Origin: an uncultured Planctomycetota bacterium
Lineage (GTDB): Bacteria > Planctomycetota > Planctomycetia > Isosphaerales > Isosphaeraceae
Direction of reading: 5' to 3'
Length of the DNA stretch: 64,000 nt
NCBI GenBank assembly: GCA_963737655.1
Contig: CAVTTN010000002.1
Coordinates: 6,432,001-6,496,000 of the forward strand
In this document: one piece after another, positions 18,965 through 29,130 of the stretch
Numbering within the stretch: position 1 is the first letter of the stretch
How the letters are laid out: each line of letters starts with the position of its first letter
Notes under the pieces: model-generated
What the model saw: the letters and a program-made list of their open reading frames with translations, nothing else
The model's database searches: none
Told to the model about the DNA's origin: nothing
Program-made: the position numbers and the translations under genes

Positions 18965-19483
18965 TCAGCGGTTCCAGGAGCGATAGCCATCCGGGTCTTG
19001 CAGGACGGCCAGGATCCCGGAATGGGCCGCGAGGCAACCGGCGAGATCCTCGGCCGCTTGCGCCAGGTCCGTCCCCGAGGCGACAAAGACCAGGGCGACC
19101 GGTTCGTATTGCTCCTCGAAGCGCTCGCACGGGTAGGGGACCGCCAGGTAGATCGGCGGTGTTCGTGGGGGGCGCCCTTCGAGCAGGTCGTCGAGGCCCC
19201 AGATGTGGCGAGCGTAGGACCGAGTGGCTTGCCATCCACCGAGGATGGCCCCAAGCGCCGCCAGGTCCCCGGGGCCCGCATCCCGACGGGGGCCGATGAC
19301 CAGGAGTTGCCGATCGGTCTCGGCGACGGCCGAGGTCTTCCCCTTCCACCAGGACTTCTCCTCGGCCTCTCGCATCCGCGCGTGGATTTCCCCGATTCGA
19401 GGATCGAAAGGGGACCCGCTCGGATCTCGCTCGGTCCTCTTCACCACCCGACGGCCCAGCCAGCGGATCAAGCGGGACAGCAC
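18965..19483 (-). CDS. Hypothetical protein
   Basis: 172-aa ORF with protein-like composition; no recognised motif. Confidence 0.55.
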   Translation of the reverse strand: MLSRLIRWLGRRVVKRTERDPSGSPFDPRIGEIHARMREAEEKSWWKGKTSAVAETDRQLLVIGPRRDAGPGDLAALGAILGGWQATRSYARHIWGLDDLLEGRPPRTPPIYLAVPYPCERFEEQYEPVALVFVASGTDLAQAAEDLAGCLAAHSGILAVLQDPDGYRSWNR

Positions 19484-19679
19484 GGCTCTCGTCGCCTACC
19501 CGGGTGTGGACGCCCCGATGGGCATGGTATCCGATGCCATCGCCGCCGCGATCGGCGAGCCTCGCGGATGTGCCGCGAGGCGGCGACGCTCGCGAGCCTA
19601 TCGGGCCCAGATCCACCAGGCAAGGACGATCGGGGCGGCGTCCCGGCAGAAAATTCCCCGGTGGGACCGTGCCCGGGTC

Positions 19680-20732
19680 CTATCCTCGGACCGCGAACCT
19701 CAGCTTGGCCGACGTCGACCGAGGATTGTCGCGCCTCTCCTCGGCGGAGGGGCGGATCACCTCATCGGTGATCGAGGCGTAGTCGCCGTGGCTCAGGCCT
19801 TCCTTGAACGCCGCCTTCACCCGGCGGTCTTCGCCGGAGTGGAACGAGAGGATGGCGACCCGCCCGCCCGGTCTCAGGCAAGTCGGCAGGGAGCGGAGCA
19901 AGGCGGCCAGGGCCCCGAATTCGTCGTTCACCGCGATCCGGAGCGCCTGGAAGACCCGGCGGACCACGTCTTCCATCGGGCCAGCCGAGGGGCGAGGGGT
20001 CCGGGAGCACGCCGCGACCACGACCGAGGCCAGCGCCTGGGTCGTCACCAGAGGGGCGCGTTTCTGGGCGCGATAGATCGCCCCGGCGAGCTCCTGGGCC
20101 TGGGGCTCCTCGGAGTTCTCCTCAAGAATCCGGGCCAGGGCCGCTTCGCCCAGCTCCGTCAACAGGGCCGACGCCGGCCGGCCCCGGCTCGGGTTCATCC
20201 TCATGTCGAGAGGTCCGTCGGCCTTGAAGCTGAACCCGCGCTCGGGGTTGTCGATCTGCATCGAAGACAGGCCGAGGTCCGCCAGGAGCACGTCGGCCCC
20301 GCCGGGCGCCTCGGAGGCGAGGAATCCCGGCATCGCCGCGAAATTCGCCCGTCGGAGGACCAGCGATTCGGGAGGGAACCCGAGGCCACGGAGCCGGGCC
20401 TCGGTCCTGGGCAACTCGATCGGGTCGGCATCCAGCCCAAGGAGCCGTCCGCCCGGCTGGACGGCGGCGAGGAGGACGCGGGCATGACCGCCATAGCCCA
20501 GGGTGCAATCGACGGCGACCTCCCCCGGCCGAGGTCGCAGGGCGCCGAGGACCTCGGCCACCATGACCGGCCGGTGCATCCCCGCGGGCGTCTTCCCCCC
20601 GGAGATCACCTTCGCCACGTCGTCGGGGTAGAGCTCGGGCTGGAGCTCCTTGTATTTCTCGTGAAAATGACGAGGATTCCGACCGCGATACCGCGCCCGA
20701 CGCCTCGGCTTCTCGGGAACGGGGTCAGTCAT
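19680..20732 (-). CDS. rsmH: 16S rRNA m4C1402 methyltransferase RsmH/MraW family (standalone clade with N-terminal extension)
   Basis: HRPVM, VDCTLGYGGHA, ADLGLSSMQID, RGFSF, LDMRM, FQALRIAVNDE, SFHSGEDRRVK, NPRSTSAKLR. Confidence 0.92.
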   Translation of the reverse strand: MTDPVPEKPRRRARYRGRNPRHFHEKYKELQPELYPDDVAKVISGGKTPAGMHRPVMVAEVLGALRPRPGEVAVDCTLGYGGHARVLLAAVQPGGRLLGLDADPIELPRTEARLRGLGFPPESLVLRRANFAAMPGFLASEAPGGADVLLADLGLSSMQIDNPERGFSFKADGPLDMRMNPSRGRPASALLTELGEAALARILEENSEEPQAQELAGAIYRAQKRAPLVTTQALASVVVAACSRTPRPSAGPMEDVVRRVFQALRIAVNDEFGALAALLRSLPTCLRPGGRVAILSFHSGEDRRVKAAFKEGLSHGDYASITDEVIRPSAEERRDNPRSTSAKLRFAVRG

Positions 20733-21031
20733 TCGCGGATGTAGATCCAAAAACGGAGCGAATCCCGACCAGGGCCGCCAGGGTCCCCGGACGACGGCGC
20801 CGGGGCATCCGGATCGGGTTCGACCCGGATTTCAGGATACCGCCCGGCCCCTCCCCTGTCGATCACCGGACGCGATCGCTCCGTTTCGTGATGTCGCCGA
20901 TTGCTCTTGGTCGGCGCGGTTTGTTCCGACGGCGGATTTCCGATTCTGGATCGAATCCGGTAAGATCTCGCCGACGGAACCGATGTCGCGACGGGCCGCG
21001 GACGCCGTCGAGATGACATGAAGCACTCGAC

Positions 21032-22279
21032 ATGAAAAGCAATGCGTCCGCGACGATCCGCGACCGGATCGATGATCTCTACCGCTCCGACTCGCGTCGA
21101 GTGTTCGCTTCGCTCGTCCGGTTGCTGGGGGATTTCGATCGGGCGGACGATGCGACCCACGAGGCGTTCGCGGCCGCCGTGGAGATCTGGCAACGAGAGG
21201 GCGTGCCGTCCAATCCGAGGGCGTGGCTGGTCTCCACGGGGAGATTCAAGGCGATCGATGCCCTTCGTCGGCAAGGCCGGCTGATGGCCCTCCAGCCCGA
21301 GATCGCTTCGCGGGTCGACGAATTGGCCGAGGCCAATGCATCGCGGGCCGCCTCGGAGATCGAAGACGATCGATTGCGGTTGATTTTCACGTGTTGTCAT
21401 CCCGCCATCGACCCAGGGCTCCAGGTGCCGCTGACCCTCCGCGAGGTCTGCGGGCTGACGACCGAGGAGATCGCCCACGCGTTCTTGACGTCCAGGGCCA
21501 CGATGGCCCAGCGAATCGTCCGGGGCAAGGCGAGGATTCGCGAGGCACGAATCCCCTATGTCGTCCCGTCCCCGGACGATCTCCCCGAACGGCTGGACGC
21601 GGTCCTTTCGGCCATCTACCTGGTGTTCAACGAAGGCTATGCGGCCTCGCAGGGCGAGTCCTTGTTGCGGGTCGATCTCACGGCCGAGGCCATCCGCCTG
21701 GGCCGGTTGCTCCTCGAGTTGCTCCCCGATCCGGAGGCCCAGGGCCTCCTGGCCTTGATGTTGCTCCACGAATCGCGACGGGACGCCCGGGCTTCGGAGG
21801 ACGGCGAGATCATCCGGCTGGAAGAACAGGACCGCTCCCGCTGGGACCGGAAAATGATCTCCGAGGGCTCGGCCCTGGTCGAGCAAGCCCTCCAGTCGCG
21901 GAATCTTGGCGAGTACACCGTCCAGGCGGCCATTTCCGCCGTCCACGCCAGGGCCGCCACGGCCGAGCAGACGGACTGGAATCAGATCGTCGCGCTCTAC
22001 TCCATCCTCCACCGAATCGATCCCTCGCCGGTCGTCGAACTCAATCGGGCGGTCGCGGTCGCGATGAGGGACGGACCGGAGGCGGGGCTGGTCCTGATCG
22101 ATGCGATTCTAGAACGCGGGGACCTGGTGGACTATCACCTGGCCCACGCGGCGAGGGCGGAACTGTGCCGTCGCTCCGGTCGGGTCTCCGACGCGAAGAA
22201 CTCGTACGAGCGCGCCCTCTCGTTGGCTCGGCAGGAGCCCGAGCGGAGGTTCTTGGCTCGGCGACTGTCCGAACTCTAG
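21032..22279 (+). CDS. ECF sigma factor, group ECF42 (C-terminal TPR-like extension)
   Basis: DDRLRLIFTCCHPA, LREVCGLTTEEIA, YLVFNEGY, QAAISAVH, SPVVELNRAVA; adjacent DGPF gene. Confidence 0.93.
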   Translation: MKSNASATIRDRIDDLYRSDSRRVFASLVRLLGDFDRADDATHEAFAAAVEIWQREGVPSNPRAWLVSTGRFKAIDALRRQGRLMALQPEIASRVDELAEANASRAASEIEDDRLRLIFTCCHPAIDPGLQVPLTLREVCGLTTEEIAHAFLTSRATMAQRIVRGKARIREARIPYVVPSPDDLPERLDAVLSAIYLVFNEGYAASQGESLLRVDLTAEAIRLGRLLLELLPDPEAQGLLALMLLHESRRDARASEDGEIIRLEEQDRSRWDRKMISEGSALVEQALQSRNLGEYTVQAAISAVHARAATAEQTDWNQIVALYSILHRIDPSPVVELNRAVAVAMRDGPEAGLVLIDAILERGDLVDYHLAHAARAELCRRSGRVSDAKNSYERALSLARQEPERRFLARRLSEL

Positions 22280-22345
22280 ATTCCGTCGCAACTTCGGACG
22301 CGGAGTCCGCGGGGAACCGAGTTTCGGAAAGATTTTGGAGGAGGT

Positions 22346-22372
22346 TGTCGATCGGCGGGATTCTCGTTCGAC
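22346..22372 (+). promoter_or_regulatory. ECF42-type promoter of the DGPF gene
   Basis: TGTCGA (22346-22351) - N17 - CGAC (22369-22372). Confidence 0.75.
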
Positions 22373-22440
22373 TACTGAGGAACGGTCGCACGAGGGCCGA
22401 CTTCCTTCGCATCCCCAACCACCACGTTCGGAGCTCCGTC

Positions 22441-22887
22441 ATGAAGGTCATGGTGATCGCCAAAGCGTCCAGGGCGTCGGAATCGGGCGAGATGGACCCC
22501 GAAGCGTTCGCGGCCATGGACAAGTTCAACGACGAATTGATCCAGTCGGGAATCATGCTCGATGGCACAGGACTGAAGCCAAGTTCGTGCGGCGCCCGAG
22601 TCCGGTTCTCCGGCTCGAATCGCACCGTCACCGACGGGCCGTTCCCCGAGACGAAGGAGCTCATCGCCGGGTTCATGATCTGGAAGGTCGCTTCGCTCCA
22701 GGAAGCGATCGACTGGGTGAAGAAATTCCCGGACTCGATGGGCGAAGACTCCGACGTCGAAATTCGTCCGCTCATGGAGCCGGAGGATTTCGCCGGGGTG
22801 GTCAGCTCCGAGCGGCTGGAGGAAGTCAAGGAACTGGAGGCCCGCTCGGGGGATCGCGACGGTTACGGCCTGGCCCGCTTTCAATAA
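22441..22887 (+). CDS. YciI/DGPF domain protein
   Basis: VTDGPFPETKELIAGF, EAIDWVK, VEIRP; GGAG RBS. Confidence 0.93.
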   Translation: MKVMVIAKASRASESGEMDPEAFAAMDKFNDELIQSGIMLDGTGLKPSSCGARVRFSGSNRTVTDGPFPETKELIAGFMIWKVASLQEAIDWVKKFPDSMGEDSDVEIRPLMEPEDFAGVVSSERLEEVKELEARSGDRDGYGLARFQ

Positions 22888-22899
22888 CGGGCAGGAAAC

Positions 22900-22957
22900 G
22901 GGGTCAGGAGCCGATTTCCGGCCCGCTTGCGAGGATTCAAGATCGGCTCCTGACCCC
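22900..22957. repeat. REP-like inverted repeat (GGGGTCAGG type) between convergent genes
   Basis: ggggtcaggagccgat ... atcggctcctgacccc, perfect 16-bp arms. Confidence 0.8.
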
Positions 22958-22977
22958 TTTTCCGTCCCTTCGGCGTT

Positions 22978-23856
22978 TCACTTCGCCGGTTTTGGCTTGA
23001 GGTGGGCGTCGAAGAAGGCGAAGGTGTCTTCGATGGTGCGTTCCATCTCCTTGCCTCCCCAGCCGTGGCCGGCTCCTAGCATCAGCTCGACCCGGCCGGG
23101 GACTCCGGCGGCCGTCTGGGCCTCTCCGAGCTTGATGGCCTGGGTGAAGGGGACGAGCGGGTCCTTCGTGCCCTGGAACGTGAGGATGGGCGGGTCGTCC
23201 TTCGTCACGAAGGTGACGGGTGACGCCTTTTTGGTCTCCTCGGGCTTCTGGCTCGGAGTGCCGCCGAGGAAGTCGCGGAGGAGGGGCCTGGAGGCGTCGG
23301 GGATGTCGGGGGCGGCGAAGTCGGTGGGGCCGAAGTAGTTCACCACGGCCTGGACCCTGGAGCTGGGGGCGTCGGCGGGGACGTCCCCTTCGAGGCCGTC
23401 CTTGGCGTCGCAGACGCCCAGCATCAAGGACAGGTGACCTCCGGCCGAGAACCCGGTGGCGCCGATGTGGTCGGCGTCGATCTTGTACTCCTGGGCGTGG
23501 GTCCTCAGCCAGCGGACGGCCGCCTTCACGTCGTGGACCTGCGCGGGGAAGAGGTCCTTGGGGCAGAAGCGGTACTGCGGGGAGATCGCCACGTAGCCGC
23601 GCTCGGCGCACTCGGCCAGGATCGGCCTCATGTCCTTCTTGTTGCCCGCCCTCCAGGCGCCTCCGTGGATCACCAGGAGGGCCGGGAACGGCCCGGACCC
23701 CTCGCTCGGGGCGGCCATGTCGAGCTTGAGCTCCTGGCCTCCGGCCGAGGTGTACACGATGTCGTTGGTCGTCGTCACGCCGTCGGCGCCGAGGGCCGGG
23801 ACGCTCAGGATCGCGAGCAGGAGGGCCGTCCGGCCGATCGTGGTTCCGCGATGCAT
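22978..23856 (-). CDS. Secreted alpha/beta hydrolase (esterase/lipase, BD-FAE-like)
   Basis: HGGAW, GFSAGG, QGTKDPLVP, GAGHG; signal peptide. Confidence 0.92.
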   Translation of the reverse strand: MHRGTTIGRTALLLAILSVPALGADGVTTTNDIVYTSAGGQELKLDMAAPSEGSGPFPALLVIHGGAWRAGNKKDMRPILAECAERGYVAISPQYRFCPKDLFPAQVHDVKAAVRWLRTHAQEYKIDADHIGATGFSAGGHLSLMLGVCDAKDGLEGDVPADAPSSRVQAVVNYFGPTDFAAPDIPDASRPLLRDFLGGTPSQKPEETKKASPVTFVTKDDPPILTFQGTKDPLVPFTQAIKLGEAQTAAGVPGRVELMLGAGHGWGGKEMERTIEDTFAFFDAHLKPKPAK

Positions 23857-23878
23857 CGAGAGGTCCTTCCGGGAGGGG

Positions 23879-24034
23879 TTAGTCATCGTACCAGGCTTCA
23901 TCCTCGAAGACCTCCGGGGCCAGGGCCACGGACGCCTCGGCCCATTCCGCGTCAGACGGCGATCCCTCCGGGTCGAGGGGTCGTTCCTCGGTCGCGGGCC
24001 TCGCTTCGTCTTCGGTGTTTTGGGGGATCATCAT
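23879..24034 (-). CDS. Possible small acidic protein
   Basis: About 51 aa ending DAEWAEASVALAPEVFEDEAWYDD; fills the gap between co-directional genes. Confidence 0.35.
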   Translation of the reverse strand: MMIPQNTEDEARPATEERPLDPEGSPSDAEWAEASVALAPEVFEDEAWYDD

Positions 24035-24047
24035 GCCGCTCATTGGA

Positions 24048-25056
24048 TCAAAACCAGAGCGCCTTCTCCACCACATTCCCCGGCGGTTCGCCCCGGGCGA
24101 ACTTCTTTACGTTCTCGACGAGCGTAAAAATGTGCCTGGACGCGATCACGGGCGAATAGCCGCACGTATGGGGCGTAAGGATCACGTTGTCGAACGTCCA
24201 GAGCGGGTGATCCGGCGGCAGCGGCTCGATTTCGTACACGTCGAGCGCCGCCCCGGCGATTTTCCGGTCGCGGAGGGCCGCCACGAGGTCATCCAGGACC
24301 ACGATGGCCCCTCGGCCGACGTTGATGAAGTAGGCCGACGGCTTCATCCTCGAGATCATCGCCCGATCGAACCAGCGCCTCGGTCTCGGGCGTGTGGGGG
24401 GCCGCGATCACGACGAAATCGCTCCGGGCGAGCAGTTCGGGCAGGCGATCGACGGGCCAGACTCCCTCCAGCCCCTCGATCACCGGGCATTTTCCGGGGA
24501 AGCGATCGACGGCGAGGAGCCCCATGCCGAAGGCGCGGGCCCGTCGGCCGATCTCGGCGCCGATCCCCCCGAAGCCGACGATCCCCATCGTCGTCTCGGG
24601 CAGGAAGATCGTGGCCCGGTCCATGGCGTTGACCGTCCCCGGCCCCTTCGCGTTGTCCACCCGCTCGGACTCGCCGCCGATCGGCTCGTACTTGCGCTCG
24701 ACCTGGTTTCGGATGTAGATGTGCAGGTTCCGGGCGAAGCAGACCACGTAGCCCAGGACCTGGTCGGCGATCACGTCGCCGAAGAGGCCCCTCATGTTCG
24801 TCAGGGTGCAGGGGTGGGCGACGAGCTCGGGGAACATGTAGTGTTCCAGGCTGGCGGTGAAGGTCTGGACCCACTTCAACCGGTCGGCCTTCGCGAGCAA
24901 ATCGGGGGTGATCTTGCCGAGGAAGGCGTCCGCGCCGGGCATGGCGGCGAGGGCGGAGGCGCGGTCGGGGGCGTCGATCCACTCGGCCTTCGGGGCGGCG
25001 GCCTTCAGGGCCTCGAACCTCTCGGGTCCGACGGGCGGGCAGATCACGAACTTCAT
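24048..25056 (-). CDS. D-2-hydroxyacid dehydrogenase (frameshift near 24372)
   Basis: GIVGFGGIG, AAPHTPET, then in the next frame FINVGRG, ALDVYEIEPLP, ILTPH; ATGA overlap with the upstream gene. Confidence 0.9.
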
Positions 25057-26177
25057 CGGGGCAGTCCTCCTCGGGTCCGGCACGCCTCGACGAGCCGTTC
25101 GGCCACCCTCGCGGCGCCGTCTCCGGGGAACGGCGGGGGGCCGGGTCGGAGCGTGAAGGCCCGCTTCAACAGGGTTTCGACCTTCATCGCGGCGAACGCC
25201 CCGGCCGACGCCGGCAGGCCGCCCCCCCACGATCGGAGGGCCCGGTCCAGCGCCCGGTGCTCGGCGAACCCGGTCCGGGGCGGGTAGATCAGGGGCGTCC
25301 CGGCGATCATGGCCTCGCAGGCGGTGCCGTAGCCGGCCTTGGCCACGATCGCGTCGGCCGAGGCGGCGAGGTCGGCGCCGGTCCACTCCGCGGGGGGGAC
25401 GACGTGGAGGTTCGGGATCGGCCCCTCGGGGGACGGGTGGAAGCCGACGAAGTGGACGCCGAGCCCGGCCATCCGGGCCATCCGGTCCCAGCCGAGGTTG
25501 GCCTGGCCGTACCGGCCCACGTAGAAATAGACGACCTTCTCCCGGCTGGAAAGCCCCAGGGCCTTGCGGAGCTCGGACTTGCGGTCGCGACCCGGGGTGA
25601 CGACCATGCCGACCTCGACGGCGATCCGGTCCAGGTCGGCCATCCTCAAGGCGGGCTCGGCGCGGAAGAGGGCGGAGGCGCGTCGGTAGGTCGCCCGGAG
25701 TTCGGCGACGAACGCCATCGCCTCGGGCCCGAGCTTCTCGGCGTGGGGGGCGTAGATGTCGGCCCAGGTGAAGTTGGCGAGGAGGAAGCCGGGAATCCCC
25801 GCGTCCCTGGCCGAGAGCAAAGGGACGGCCGGGGCGTCGCACAGGACGGCCGCCGTCCCCGATTCGCGGAGCCTCCGGGCCTCTTCCGGGGCCCGGGGGA
25901 GCGCCTCGGCGTGGAACCGGGCGGCCTGGGCGAGCGTCCCGGGGCCGTCGGTCGCCGCGCTGTCGCCCGGGGGGTTCAGGGCGCCGACGTCCGAGACGAA
26001 CGGCGAGAACGTCGCCGGCCTCCTCAGCCGCTCCCGCCAGTGGTCGAAGAGGTTGGCGTGGCAGAGGATCTCCAGCGGGAGTTCCGCCGGCAGGCGGTTC
26101 AGGACCGCGACCGTCCGGTTCAGGTGGCCGAAGCCGTGGCTGGTCACGTAGACGGCAAGCCCGCCGCATCCGGCCAT
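25053..26177 (-). CDS. GT-B glycosyltransferase-like protein (similar to arabinokinase N-terminal domain)
   Basis: YVTSHGFGH, ANFTWADIY, AKAGYGTACEA, RTGFAEH. Confidence 0.78.
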   Translation of the reverse strand: MAGCGGLAVYVTSHGFGHLNRTVAVLNRLPAELPLEILCHANLFDHWRERLRRPATFSPFVSDVGALNPPGDSAATDGPGTLAQAARFHAEALPRAPEEARRLRESGTAAVLCDAPAVPLLSARDAGIPGFLLANFTWADIYAPHAEKLGPEAMAFVAELRATYRRASALFRAEPALRMADLDRIAVEVGMVVTPGRDRKSELRKALGLSSREKVVYFYVGRYGQANLGWDRMARMAGLGVHFVGFHPSPEGPIPNLHVVPPAEWTGADLAASADAIVAKAGYGTACEAMIAGTPLIYPPRTGFAEHRALDRALRSWGGGLPASAGAFAAMKVETLLKRAFTLRPGPPPFPGDGAARVAERLVEACRTRGGLPR

Positions 26178-26495
26178 GATCGCGCCTCCTCTCCTCGGCT
26201 CTCCGCCCCGTCCGGTCGGGGGTGGCGAGGATACCCGCCCGGGTCGCCGGAGGCAAACCGGCGCCGTCGGCCCGGGGATCGATGGATCGAAGAAATCCAA
26301 AAATTTCTATGGTATTTTTGTGTTGAATTGTATAAGCTGCATACGGGTAGGTGCGGCCGGGGAGAATTTCGCGGGCTATGTCCGCACGGTGACATACCCT
26401 GACGGGGACGGGGGTTACGATCGTTCAACCCGGTCTGAACCGAGAGGCCGACGGGACGGGGCCGACGGGCCGGGACTTCCAGCAGGTGAATCTTC

Positions 26496-27206
26496 ATGCC
26501 TCCTCACCCGAAGTTGCGGGACAGCGGCAACAGCCTGCTCGACCGCCTCCCGCCGGACGAATTCGCCCCGTTGGAGCCTCTGTTGCAGCGAGTCAGCCTG
26601 AATCTGCGAGACGTGATCCACCAGTACGAGGCGGAGGTCTCGCACGTCCACTTCCCCACGACGGCGCTGGCTTCCTTGCTGACGGTCCTGGAAGAGGATG
26701 ATCCGGTGGAGGTCAGCACGGTCGGCAGCGAGGGGTTCGTCGGGATGGTGGCCGCCCTGGGGATCGACGCGAGTCCGAATCGGGTGATCTGCCAGATGGC
26801 CGGCTCGACGCTTCGCCTGCCCCTGCCGGCCTTCCGCGAGGCCCTGGCCCGGGGCTGCGTCCTGCCCCGGCTGATCCACCGCTACATCGCGGTTTCGCTG
26901 TACGGCACGGGTCGGTCGATCGCCTGCAACGCGCTTCATACGGTCGAGGCCCGGGCCAGCAAGTGGCTGCTGACGGTGCACGACCAGGCGGGCCAGGACA
27001 AGTTCCCGCTGACCCAGGAGTTCTGGGCGTTCATGCTGGGGGTCCGCCGCCAGACCGTCACGGTCGTGGCCGGGACCTTGCAGACGGCGGGGATGATCGA
27101 CTTCCGCCGGGGGGTCATCACCATCCTCGACCGCCCGATGCTGGAGGAGTCCGCCTGCGAGTGCTACGCCGCGACTCGGCGTTATTACAAAGAGATCGTC
27201 CGATGA
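26496..27206 (+). CDS. Crp/Fnr family transcriptional regulator
   Basis: cNMP-like domain (VHFP, VGSEG), CNALHTVEAR, LTQEFWAFMLGVRRQTVT HTH, C-terminal ACECY. Confidence 0.93.
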   Translation: MPPHPKLRDSGNSLLDRLPPDEFAPLEPLLQRVSLNLRDVIHQYEAEVSHVHFPTTALASLLTVLEEDDPVEVSTVGSEGFVGMVAALGIDASPNRVICQMAGSTLRLPLPAFREALARGCVLPRLIHRYIAVSLYGTGRSIACNALHTVEARASKWLLTVHDQAGQDKFPLTQEFWAFMLGVRRQTVTVVAGTLQTAGMIDFRRGVITILDRPMLEESACECYAATRRYYKEIVR

Positions 27207-27492
27207 ACGGCGAGGCGGGATTCGATCGGTCGAAGAAAACGGCGAGAAATCCCGGGAAATGTCATCCGACGGACAGAAAAGCCGCCGCATGTCCCATAGA
27301 TTCTGTTCTGGTTGTCGAGGTCGCCAACCCGCGCGGCCTCGATCAGCCCGGACGGGACCGCGTCGTCGTCGCAGCCTCTTTCGGAACAGAGACGGCTGGA
27401 CGGCGACGCGGTGACCCCGGTCCGGGCGTTCGTCGTGGCTTCCCTCGCCTTGCCCGGACCTCGACGGACGAGCTCCCGACGTGGAGACTGCC

Positions 27493-27723
27493 ATGCCCCC
27501 GCCCGTGACCCGGCCCTCAAGCCGGGTCTTCAAGATCACGCGCGGCGACGGTTGCCGGTTCGTGATCTACAACGCCGCCGAGATCGGCAACCCGTTCGAT
27601 CACGCGCCCGACAAGTGGTACGTCCGCCCCTACCCCGGCCCGCTCGGCCTCCGGGTCGGGCCGGCGTTCGAGTCCGCCGACGAGGCCGAGGCCGCCGCGA
27701 GAACGTTCCGGTCCGACGACTGA
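27493..27723 (+). CDS. Small hypothetical protein
   Basis: GGAG RBS, 76 aa, GC3-rich, followed by a palindrome. Confidence 0.6.
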   Translation: MPPPVTRPSSRVFKITRGDGCRFVIYNAAEIGNPFDHAPDKWYVRPYPGPLGLRVGPAFESADEAEAAARTFRSDD

Positions 27724-27735
27724 AACCCGCCCTTC

Positions 27736-27807
27736 TGTAGGGTCCGCTCTCGCGGACCTCTTCGATTTCGCTTCGTCGCGAAGAGGTCCGCAAGAGCGGA
27801 CCCTACA
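27736..27807. repeat. GTAG-type REP doublet (REPIN-like)
   Basis: tgtagggtccgctctcgcggacctcttcg ... cgaagaggtccgcaagagcggaccctaca; 29-bp arms, 1 mismatch; same family as 44864-44946. Confidence 0.88.
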
Positions 27808-27873
27808 AAGACCGCCTGCTCACCTGCCAGACAAGATCAGACGTGGGCATGTCTGCGATTCGATTCCCGGCCC

Positions 27874-28872
27874 TCACCGAGACGCCGAGCCGACCAGCGC
27901 CTCGGTGGCTCGCCTGGGGAGGACTTCCGTCGCCGCCGCCACGCGCTTCGGCTCGGGCCGGCTGGCCCAGACGATCCCGCCGAGCGTGAGCCCTCCGCCG
28001 ATCGCCAGGGCCGGCGTGATCTCCTCGCCCAGGAGCCACACGCCCCAGACGATCGTCAGCAGGGGCGCGAGGTTGCCCACGGCCGCGACCTGGCTCGCGT
28101 CGAGCCGTCGCATCGCCTGGTTCTGGCAGAATAATCCCACCACCGAGACGATCACGCCCAGGTACGCCACCGCCCGCCACGCCCCCATCGGCACCTCAGC
28201 CAGGACTACCGGGCCCGGCAGGCTCGCCAGGGTGATCGGCAGTTGCAGGAGGCTCCCCGCCAGGAACGTCCCGGCCAGGGTCGGGACCGACCCGTACCTC
28301 GCCACCAGAGGCTTGTTCGCCGTGAGGTACGCGCCCCACGACACCACGGCGCCGATCAGGAGAAGATCGCCGCGGAGGGCGTCCAGGCTCTCCGGGCCCG
28401 CCTTCACGAGGTTCCCCAGGCCGATCACCGCCACGCCCGCCACGCTCGCCACCACGCCCGCGAGCCGGCGGAGGACCAGCGTTTCCTGCCCGAGCGCCGA
28501 GGCCAGGAGCAGGACCACGAGCGGGCACGTCGCGTAGATCACGCCCACGTGAGAGGTCGGCGCCAGCCGCGTCCCGGCCAGGAAAAACGCCTGGTTGATC
28601 GGCACGCACAGCGCCGAGGCCGCCAGGAGCCGGGGCCAGTCCGAGCGGATCATCCTCCCCAGGGCGCCGGACCGGGCGATCACCGGCAGGAGGCACAGGG
28701 CGGCCAGCCCGAACCGCCCCAGGGGGAGCAGCCCCAGAGGGACTCCCGCCACGGCCACCTTCGCCGCGGAGGCGGTCGTCGAGCCGATCAGGGCCATCAT
28801 CATCAGGAAGAACGCCGCGCCCCCGTCCCGGCCCTGGCGCGGCGGGGGACAACCCTCGATCTCGGAACTCAT
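27874..28872 (-). CDS. DMT/EamA family transporter
   Basis: About 10 hydrophobic helices in two EamA repeats (ALGQETL; LLGEEIT). Confidence 0.9.
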   Translation of the reverse strand: MSSEIEGCPPPRQGRDGGAAFFLMMMALIGSTTASAAKVAVAGVPLGLLPLGRFGLAALCLLPVIARSGALGRMIRSDWPRLLAASALCVPINQAFFLAGTRLAPTSHVGVIYATCPLVVLLLASALGQETLVLRRLAGVVASVAGVAVIGLGNLVKAGPESLDALRGDLLLIGAVVSWGAYLTANKPLVARYGSVPTLAGTFLAGSLLQLPITLASLPGPVVLAEVPMGAWRAVAYLGVIVSVVGLFCQNQAMRRLDASQVAAVGNLAPLLTIVWGVWLLGEEITPALAIGGGLTLGGIVWASRPEPKRVAAATEVLPRRATEALVGSASR

Positions 28873-29008
28873 CGCCCCCCCACCCTTCCCGAGGCCCAGG
28901 CCCCGAAGTCACGACCCCCTCATCCTAGGACGAAGGGCAAGACACGTCGCCAAAGACGGGGTTCGGACTTCGCGGAGTTCGGGCTCGCTCCGAAGACGGG
29001 CCCGGTTC

Positions 29009-29104
29009 CCCCGGGTGGCATGCCCACGTCTTCGTGGGCATGTCTTCGGTTCGTGAATATCCATGGAAGACATGCCCACGAAGACGTGGGCATGCCACCC
29101 GGGG
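29009..29104. repeat. GGGTGGCATGC-type REP doublet
   Basis: Perfect 39-bp arms 29009-29047 / 29066-29104; each arm is itself palindromic. Confidence 0.88.
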
Positions 29105-29130
29105 AAAGCACATGACAGCCAGGCCCATCC

